Positions 51,931 through 61,330 of a stretch of DNA of 64,000 nt are shown here, one piece after another. Positions within the stretch are counted from its first letter, which is position 1. The number at the start of each line of letters is the position of its first letter. The position numbers were made by a program, and so were the translations under genes. The stretch covers positions 10,121,923 to 10,185,922 of the forward strand of contig NC_085844.1 of NCBI RefSeq assembly GCF_035594765.1, in the 5' to 3' direction. A model generated the notes under the pieces. It saw nothing but the letters and a program-made list of their open reading frames with translations. It did not search any database and had not been told where the DNA came from. The stretch comes from Anolis carolinensis. Its lineage: Eukaryota.

Positions 51931-52830
51931 TCATATTTTACATTCAGAGGTCTCCATTTCTTCTGAAATCTCTTCCTCCTCCTTGAAAACCTTCTGGAGT
52001 ATTTCCTTCATGGTCTTCTTAATTTTGCCCATCTTTTGTCTCCCAACCATGAAATAGATCAGTGGATTAATGGTGCTGTTTATGCATGTGCACAAGTAGC
52101 CGTAATGCACAAGGTTGGGGTGTACTCCTTGGCCAACATAATTGCTAAAGTAGAAGACATTCAGTGGAAAAGCCAGGATCAGGAAGAACATAAGAGTAAG
52201 CAGGATTGCGAGTAAAAGTTTTCCCCGCCTTTGATGTTTTGATATGAAGTAGACTTTGATGAACAGGATCAGGCTGGAGATAGTCATGAGTGGGAGGCAA
52301 AGCACAGCATTTACCATAAATTGGAGCATCACGGGAGAGTTGCCAAAGACTTTCCTAAGAAGGAGAGTGAGGTGAATGGCACTGAGAGTAAAAGAGATGA
52401 GCCATATGAGGGAAGACACGGTGGTGAACCAGTGCCCTGGCCGGTGACATCGGTACCAAACTGGGAAGAGGACAGAGATGCATCTGTCAATACTGATGAC
52501 AGTCAGTAGAAACTGACCAGCGCTGTACATCAGTAGGAAGATGGTTTGGAACAATTCATAGGGAAAGTCACAGTACAAGTGTGTCACAAGCCAATGTATT
52601 TCTATAATCAGTTCAATTGTGAGCAAGCCAAAGTCTGCAAAGGACAAATTGAGGATGTAAATGGCAAAGGTATTCCTTTTGCAGAAGCCAAGTACTTGGA
52701 TGACAATTCCATTCCCCAACATCCCCAAAACACAAAAAAGCATAGTGAAGATGGCAAAAACAAGTACTTCATTATCCAGCCCTTTATCGTAGCATGAGGT
52801 ACTTGTATTTGAATGCTGAGTTTCATTCAT
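51931..52830 (-). CDS. MRGPR/MAS-like GPCR gene 5 (299 aa)
   Basis: ATG with in-frame upstream TGA; N-terminal sequons; DRC, WYRCHRP, FPLN and NPLIYF motifs. Confidence 0.95.
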   Translation of the reverse strand: MNETQHSNTSTSCYDKGLDNEVLVFAIFTMLFCVLGMLGNGIVIQVLGFCKRNTFAIYILNLSFADFGLLTIELIIEIHWLVTHLYCDFPYELFQTIFLLMYSAGQFLLTVISIDRCISVLFPVWYRCHRPGHWFTTVSSLIWLISFTLSAIHLTLLLRKVFGNSPVMLQFMVNAVLCLPLMTISSLILFIKVYFISKHQRRGKLLLAILLTLMFFLILAFPLNVFYFSNYVGQGVHPNLVHYGYLCTCINSTINPLIYFMVGRQKMGKIKKTMKEILQKVFKEEEEISEEMETSECKI

Positions 52831-53039
52831 TGTTCAATTTTTGTTTCCAGAATAAAAAAGAGATGAGTTTGTCTGACTCAAATTGGTCTTTACAGGCAAT
52901 CCTTCCTTTTATGTCTCATTAGGGCAGAAAGTTCTGTTGGAAGAAAAGATAGATCAAATTAGTCTTTACTATGGAGATAAACCCAAAAGATGTAGCTTTA
53001 AGAGTAACCTTACTGTTAAGTGGCCAACTGCAATTGCTA

Positions 53040-53250
53040 TAGCAGCCAATTGCAACATTCACTTGCCTCAAACAGACAAAAGTTCTTTCTCCCACCCTGG
53101 ACATTATTCCACAAATATATAAACCCCACTTGTCTAGTTCCCAACAGATCTCACAACCTCTGAAGATGTCTACCATAGATGTGGGTGAAACGTCAAGAGA
53201 GAAAGCTTCTGGAACATGGCCATACAGCCTGGAAAACTCACAGCAACCTT
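53040..53250 (+). mobile_element. Penelope-like fragment with degenerate hammerhead at 53157-53197
   Basis: Matches 61120-61330. Confidence 0.8.
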
Positions 53251-53487
53251 ACGATTTCTTGCATCATGTATTGAGTGAGTTTGAAAAAACAATTTTTGGC
53301 ATCATTCACATAAGGTGAAATGGTGTTTCAAACAGAAAATTATGTGAATTGCACAGCTGCGTCACCTAAAGCAGTTATCTTTTGTATTTAAAAATATGCC
53401 TGCTCACACACAGCCTTGCTTCTAAATGAACCACTATGCTCAACTAGCAAAAGCTCAAACCTTCCCCACAAGATTATTTCCCCTCTA

Positions 53488-53813
53488 AGGTAAAGGGAAA
53501 GGTTTTCCTTTGACATTAAGTCTAGTCATGTCCGACTCTGGGGGTTGGTGCTCATCTCCATTTCTAAGCCAAAGAGCCAGCATTGTCCATAGACACCTCT
53601 AAGGTCATGTGGCCACTGGCATAACTGCATAGCGCACTTTTACTTTCCCACTAAAGCGGTATCTATTGATCTACTCACATATGCATGTTTTCAAACTGCT
53701 TGGTTGGCAGAAGCTGAAGCTAACAGTGGGAGCTCTCCCCGTTCCCAGATTTGAAACTCCGATCTTTCAGTCAGAAAGTTCAGCAGCTCAGCGGTTTAAC
53801 CTGCTGTGCACTG
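53488..53813 (-). mobile_element. Sauria SINE
   Basis: Family match. Confidence 0.88.
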
Positions 53814-55150
53814 GTTATTAATTCGTTGACCACAAAGAATTAATAATCAAATTTCAACCAGCAAAGGCAGTGAAAACAGGACTTTTGATGGCATAACAAG
53901 TTGCACACACCATGAAACTTCAGGGAGTAAAATCACTTCTTGATTTCCTTATTTGTCCTTCTCTTCCAATTGATTCCAAAATGACTACTGAGTTCCCCTC
54001 AGGAAGGATATCTGTCTTTAGGAAATGCATCTTTAAAATGGTCTGCAGTGACATTTCTTTCTTATTTTTAGGTGTAAGTGACTAGCTACAAGATACAGTA
54101 GAATATGACAATAACACAAGTCAACAAACCTATGAAAACTTTATATGGACTATCATTCTGCTCTAAACAAGTTGTATGAATAAGAAAATGTCTTTCAGTG
54201 AATTTTAATTATATTTGAGATTTTATTTCTTCTAGTATGTCACTGTTCCCTCCTTAAAAGTAATGGAATCTCTGTGAATAAGGGAGTTCCAGAGTCGAGA
54301 GGCAGCCACCGAGAAGGAAAAGCTTGAGATGGAGGTGAGACCAAGAGAAGGGCTTCTCCTGAAGATCTCAGGGCACATCTATACTGTGGAATCAATATAG
54401 TTGGACTCCACCTTAACTGCTATGGCTCAATACTATGAAATACTAGAATTTGCAATTTGATGGGACACTCACAGAGAAGGCTAAAGGCAGCAACTCCTAT
54501 GATTCCATAGCATTGTACCATGGCAGCTAAAGTGGTGTCAAACTTTATACATTCAGCAGTATATATGTGTCTGGAGTGCATACCACAGCTAAATGTTCTG
54601 AGTAAGGAGACTATAGAAAAGCTATAGAAAACAAAATAATGAAAGGACTGCATTAGAGATGGAATAATAATAACAACAATAATAACTTTATTCTTATAAC
54701 CCACTTCCATCTCCCCGAAGGGACTTGGTGTGACTTACATGGGGACCAAGCCCAGAAAACAAGGAATTCAAAATACAAAAATTAAAATAAAATACAAAAT
54801 TAAAACACATGACAACCAAAAAATAAACATCATCATCACCGAACCAGAAGTGGGACTATTAAATTGCAGGGACTATTAAAACTCTGATAAATTAAGTTAA
54901 TCTAAACAGGAACTTGAAAAGATAGGGCTAAGCTGGTTTCACTTTTGCACAAGAGACATAACAAAGGGGAGGAGGAGAGTAGAAAGATCCCTAAAAATGT
55001 CAATTTACATCAGAGAGAGGTTAGGATAAGTCAAGAACACACAAAAACACTTTGGTTCACAAAAACACTATTCATGTCCATCAGTGCTGCTTTCTCAAGG
55101 ATATATTTCACTCTTTAAATATTGGGGACTGTTGCAGTTCTAACAGGTAC

Positions 55151-56081
55151 TGTGATGAGTCATGGGCCATGTAGTCCCGTTCCTGGCACTGTTGTGCTAG
55201 ATGAGGAGGAAAACTGGGGTTTCTCACCGTTTCAGTCAGAATTGGAACTTTCCCAGCCAGATTTGGAAACCTTGCACCTGCAAGAGATTTGTCTTCCAGA
55301 AGTCTGTCAAACAAGCCCTGAGCCTAAATCTCCTACGTTTTCTCGCCATGAGTTTTGTAAACAACAGAGGGGAGTTCAAGCGGCCTCTCGCAGGAGTGCT
55401 AGGATAGCTGCTAAGCATTCAGCTGATTAAGTCTGCTTTCCATGAGAAACTTTAAGGAGTCACACATCTGGACTCAGAGAATAGCTTTCGTTTCTGGTTC
55501 TCCAGAGAACTGCTCTTTGGCGGGAAAACGAGACCCTATTTAGGTGTTTTACCCACAAAGGGATCTTGCGGAGTCAATTCGTCAGCTACCGGAGTAGCGT
55601 GTGTGGACAGCTACTCCGTTTCCAAGCCTCGTTCCTGTTTCAAGCCTTGTTCCCGATTTCAAGCCTTCGTTTCCAGCCTTGTTTTACTCTCCGGATCTTG
55701 CCTTGTTTTCCGGACCTCGCCAAGTAATTCCACGGATCCTATTCTTGCTCCTCGTTTCCTTGCTGCCTCGAATCAAGCCTTGTGTTTCAAGAATCAAGTT
55801 ATTTTCTAGCCTTGCTCAAGTTCATGGACTAAGGACCTTGTCATCTCCCCTCACTTGCTTGGCAAGTGAGTGTTTCGGTTATTGGATTACAACTTTGGAC
55901 CTTAATATTTCATATTGGACATTGCTTCTTTGGACTAATTTTGACCTTTCCTGAAAGGTCTACTCCTGGACTAATTCATACGCTTGCTTTTATTAACTTT
56001 ACATATTTCCTTAATAAAGATATTAGATAGATTCTGGCCTCTGTGTATGGTTATTGGTGCTCTGCTGCCTGGGTCGTGACA
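55151..56081 (+). mobile_element. Solo LTR (931 bp)
   Basis: TG...CA termini; 5-bp TSD GGTAC; TATA-like TATTTA at ~55536; AATAAA at 56013. Confidence 0.93.
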
Positions 56082-56955
56082 GGTACCAGGGTAATTATTA
56101 AACGGAGATAATCTTTATCTCTCACTTTGAAGGTGTGCTGAGCGGGCCAAGAGGGATGACACTAGGCCAGAGGAGCTATGTAGCACCAAATCCAACTCAG
56201 ACTAGAGTGCTGAGACCACTCTGTCCTTATCTCAACATCATGTTTTGAGCTGCAGCAAAGGTGGGTAATAAATGTATTCTTCTTATTCTTGTTATTATTA
56301 TTGTTGTCATTGTCATTGTTGTTGTTATTATTATTATTACTGTTATTTCTCCATTGTGGCCATGTCCCATCTCTGAAGATATCTGCTACAGTAAGAGAGA
56401 GGGTTGACGTTTCTACTGAGGTTTCGTGTCTTACACTGTCCAAGAAAGAGACTCTTCTCCCCACTATAGTTTATCTGGAGACTCATTAAACATGCATAAA
56501 AAATCCCATAATTTCCTCTGATCGTTTGTTTAAAAAGTAGGTGGGGAAGTGCCAAAGAGTTATATTAAAAGACCTCTTACATCTTTTCACCAGTCTGGAG
56601 GAGTTCTGAGTTACACAAACAGGGAATAATCTTTAAGGGGATGATCTATGTAATCTAACCAGTCTTCACATTTCTGTAGATTTTACTGCTTAAAATTAAC
56701 CAAACAGATATTAGACACTTGCCACTGGGAAAATGTTCTTTAAATAATAAAGGACAAGGAATGTAATAGGACTAATGGAAGAGAACCTGGTGGTTGAAAA
56801 TGAACCACATCATTAAATCTGCTTCAGTTTTGGTGAGAACAGAATGAGATCTAAGAGGTTCAGCCAAATGCTTCAGAAGAAAGATGATGTGAGCATGATA
56901 GAAGAGAAAAATGTGGTCCAAAGCAGAAAAATATCTCATTATTAAAATGTCCTAC

Positions 56956-57040
56956 CTTTTTCCTGTCTGAGATGGTTGTCTAATCAGTCTTGAGATGTTC
57001 TTCTTCTAGAATAATTGGAACTCAATCATAATCTTTCCTC
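56956..57040 (-). promoter_or_regulatory. Putative non-coding 5' exon end of gene 5
   Basis: CTAGAAGAAGAACATCTCAA...AAG|GTAGGA matches the gene 3 block CTAGAAGGAGAACATCTCAA...AAG|GTAGGA. Confidence 0.55.
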
Positions 57041-59662
57041 CAAATCTGAAATGTGCTTTCTCTTTCTACAGGAGGTTGGAATAGACCTATTTCACTTCAA
57101 CAGTGGTGAAAGGGCATTTCCCTATGCTGGGAAGTGTGTGCAATTTCCTTCTTCTTTTTCATTTTAATGTTCACTGTCAGGAAATTTGAGCAAAGTTGTT
57201 GACTTACATCACTGTATAGTAAGAGTGGGAAGACTTCAAGGCTGTATGGTGTACTTTCAAAAAGGAACTGTGCCGTCACACCCGGACACCTGTGGTAAAT
57301 TAAGATGTGCTCCTTTCTTTGCCGGGTGAACTGCAGGGGCCTTACTTTGAAACTCAGGAGTCCCAGCAACTAAGGCCACTCCAAATCAAACATCAATTTT
57401 TTATTTTATTTTCTGAAAGTTCTTAACAGGCTTGGCACAAGTTGTTGAGGTTACAAATACAAACAGTCAACTTATGAAATCATGCAGATGTTCCTTTTTG
57501 TTTTCCATTTTAGCTGCTGGGTTAACTTCCTCCAAAGGTAAAGAGATCCTGGGATGCTCTTTACCCTAACCCTGAGTTGCTATTTCAGAAAAAGCTGGTC
57601 TTTCCCTATCTAAACTCAAAATTAGTTTGGAGAGGAAGTGGTTAGAGCTTCTTCCAATGGCAGAAAAATCCTGGGATACTTTCTGCCCCAGTGCTGAGTT
57701 ACTATTTTAGAAAGAGCAGGTCTTTATCTAAACTCAGAACCAGTTTTAAAGGCAAGAGGTTAGTACTTACGATGGCTTGTCTGAGCTGGCCTGGCTTGAC
57801 CACACAAGCACATCTGAGATCTTTTCTCTTCAGTAAAAAGGCAAAAAAAAGGCTTCTCAAAATGGAGATTTCATCCCCAGGAAAAAGGGGCGGTCTCAGG
57901 AACAAAAGGATACTTTTGCAAGCCCAAAGCAGCAAAGGCTTGCAGGCTGGTTACAAACCTCTGTTAATAATTAACTATCAGGGTGCTGCTGAGCCTGTAG
58001 CAACCCTGGAAGAAATGCAAAAAAAGGTGTTATTTCCTACAACTATGGGACAATGCAAATCAAACCCCTGAGGGACAGAACAGGAACAACTAGAGTCCCG
58101 AAATAACAATTAAAGGGGAGGTCATAATAGTAACTTGGGGGATGGAGTCAGATCCAATATAGTGATGGACAGGTGGTTGTGGACAGAAATGCCTATGAAA
58201 TCAGACATGGGTTCTGCTAATACTGGGTCTTCCATATACTGAGAGGCAGAATTCTCTCAGTTCTAGGCTGATGGGAAGCATCCACTTCCTCAGAAAATAT
58301 CAGATATCCTCACATTTTTTCTATGGTTACAGAAAATATTTTATCAGTTTTGAAAATTCCCATTCAATTGGGAGTATGCCGCTACCAGTTGGTATACAGA
58401 ATTTTCCTTCACTGACTTTGACCAAGTCATTCACTCCCACGCAATACGGTGATAACTACCTTAGATTTCCCATGGATAAGAAACAACCTGTCAAGAGTCA
58501 GACGCCAGTTAACAAACAAAACAGAGTTTATTCCGAAGATAAGCCAAAAATAACATAAACACAGAAAATATCCTTGAAACACTTCACTTATCAGTGTTTC
58601 AAGAGTAGTTTGGACAATAATAACTCAAAAACAAGCCACACTATTTTCCCATGCTGGCATTCAATAAAAAACTAAACGACGCTTCAATTCAGCTTTGGAG
58701 AACAAAGAGTTGACTGCTAGAAAATATGCAAAATAAACGAAGGCTAGAAACCTTCCAGAAACTGCAGAGTATAACTGAAAATGCAAAAGCCTCTCTTGGC
58801 TTCAAACCGTTTCTGAAAACAGACAGCCGGCTCTGCGGATTTAAAGAGACAGTTCCCAAAAGAAAAACAGCAAACTGGCTAGAAAACAAACTAGAAAAGC
58901 AGTAAAACTGCTTCCACGGTGCAGATAAAGCCGAGAGCTTCAAAGGGATGATGAATAGCCGTTGTCAGAAGAATCCAAGGTCAGGTCAGGAGGCAGCAGC
59001 AAATTCCGAAAGGCAAACCAGTAGTCAGAAGCCGGGAGTAGTCGTCAGTCAGAGGGCGTAGACAGAAGCCAGGTCAAATTCAATCCAATGTCCGAAGAGG
59101 GTGAAGTCATCCAAACCAGGTCCACGATAAGACACAGCGAGAGCCAAGCCAGATGGTATCAGCAGCTAGGAATAGTAATCAGTAGGCTTGAGCGATCCAT
59201 GGAAAAATTGATTCTAAACTCGTTTCAAAAGTAGGGGGCACCAGCGTTTCGTTTCTGATGTCATTTCCTAATTTTGCCCTCAAAATTTTTCGAAATTTAA
59301 CGAAAATTCGTTAGTTTCAAAAGTAATTCGTTAATGGCGGACGCGCATGCGCAGTAGCAAAAAAAACAGCACAAGGGGAGATTTTACAGGACTCTCCCGC
59401 CCTCATTTTTTGAGTGATCTTCTTCAAACTTGGTACAGTGGTAGAACACATTTAACACTGATAGCTCACCAAAATTTGGAACGTTTCCCTTATCCTCTGA
59501 TTTTTGGCGAATTTTCATAGCTTTTATAATAAACATTTTTTTAATAATTGCAGAAATCTGTTCCTGGTTTGAAAGTCTTATTTCCTGTTAAATTGGGTTG
59601 TCTTTACTGTGAAAGTCATTGTTCTACTTCAGAAACTTTGTTTTTGTGCTGAAACTTTGTTA

Positions 59663-59817
59663 NNNNNNNNNNNNNNNNNNNNNNNNNNNNNNNNNNNNNN
59701 NNNNNNNNNNNNNNNNNNNNNNNNNNNNNNNNNNNNNNNNNNNNNNNNNNNNNNNNNNNNNNNNNNNNNNNNNNNNNNNNNNNNNNNNNNNNNNNNNNNN
59801 NNNNNNNNNNNNNNNNN
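59663..59817. other. Assembly gap (N run)
   Basis: Run of n. Confidence 0.99.
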
Positions 59818-60057
59818 CCTTGACGTTAAATTCAGTCATGTCTGACTCTGGGGGTTGGTGCTCATCTCCATTTCTAATCCCAAGAGCCAGTGTTGTCCGT
59901 AGACACCTCAAAGGTCATGTGGCCGGCATGACTACATGGAGTGCCAATACCTTCCCGCCAGAGTGGTACCTATTGATCTACTCACATTGGCATGTTTTCA
60001 AGCTGCTAGGTTGGCAGAAGCTGGAGCTAACAGCGGGCACTCACTCTGCTCCCAGGA
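59818..60057 (-). mobile_element. Sauria SINE fragment inside the hAT element
   Basis: Family match. Confidence 0.88.
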
Positions 60058-60147
60058 TACACATACACACAATGTGGAGAATATGTGGAAAGGTAGATAG
60101 ATAAGTTGGGAGCCACAGCGAAGGCACCTTCCTGGGAGCAAGGTCTA

Positions 60148-60183
<36 letters not shown>

Positions 60184-60466
60184 CCCTTACAATATCCAAG
60201 ATGGCTCACTGCTACAGAATCTTGGGAGCTTTAGTTTGGTATGGTACCATTATTGGCAGAGAAAGCTAAGCTGTAGGAGTTGAAATCCAATCATTTATCC
60301 TCCCTATAGAATCAATTTTATATGCATTTTTAGCTATGATTTATTTGCTATTTTATTGTGTTGTGTTTTTATTATTGTATAAGGCATTGAATATTTGCCT
60401 TTGCATTTGGAAGCTGCCCTGAGTCCTTTTGTGGAGAGAGGGCAGGTTAGAAATAGATTAATAACA

Positions 60467-60510
<44 letters not shown>

Positions 60511-60861
60511 ATATCTGGAGGACTAAAGTTTGCCCATGCCTGCTCTATACTGCACTTTCCAGAACTTTCCCATCACAATCTGCTTTTGAGCTGGATACAT
60601 GATCAAGACATTATTTCCAGCTTACTGAAGTTGGCTGCATATGTTTTGTCTGAGGGTCAGAAATGGCCTTAAAGCCATCTTGTGCAGCTTCCAAAACCCA
60701 ACACTTGAGAACATTTTGCCTATAGCCACCAGATATTTCCAAGGTCGTACTCAAAGGGCTTGGCAAATATACCCTTTTTTGAGATGGATCTAAATCAGGC
60801 ATGGGCAAACCTTGGCCCTCCAGATGTTTTGGACTTCAACTCCCACAATTCCTAACAGCCA

Positions 60862-61330
60862 GTATTCGAGAACACAGAAATGCTGGACCACTCTAAAAGC
60901 CACCGTGTCAGACTACACAGAGAAGCCACTGAAATCCACAAGAAGCACATGGACAATTTCAACAGAAAAGCTAAAATCAGGACAGTAAAAGAACAACACC
61001 CAGAAAATGGGAATTCCAGACAGGAAACAATCAGGGCCAGCTAATACCTCCCAACAAAGGATTCCCCCAGGTAGGAAGCAGCCAGGCTTTGAAGCTGCAA
61101 GGCTATTCAATGCTAATCAAGGTGACCAATTGCAACATTCACACTTGCCTCCCACAGACAAGAGTTCTTTCTCCCACCCTGGACCTTCCACAGATATATA
61201 AACCCCACTTGCCTAGCTTCGCACAGACGTCAAAACCTCTGAGTATGTCTGCCACAGATGTGGGTGAAACGTCAGGAGAGAATGCTTCTGGCACATGGCC
61301 ATAGAGCCTGGAAAACTCATAGCAACCCAG
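60862..61330 (+). mobile_element. Penelope-like fragment inside the hAT element
   Basis: EATEIHKKHMDNFNRK GIY-YIG-end-like peptide; terminal repeat with a mutated hammerhead core. Confidence 0.8.

Noticed and set aside
57270-58110. Possible additional LTR (similar impression at 31640-32310)
   Set aside because: No matching TSD or clean termini found
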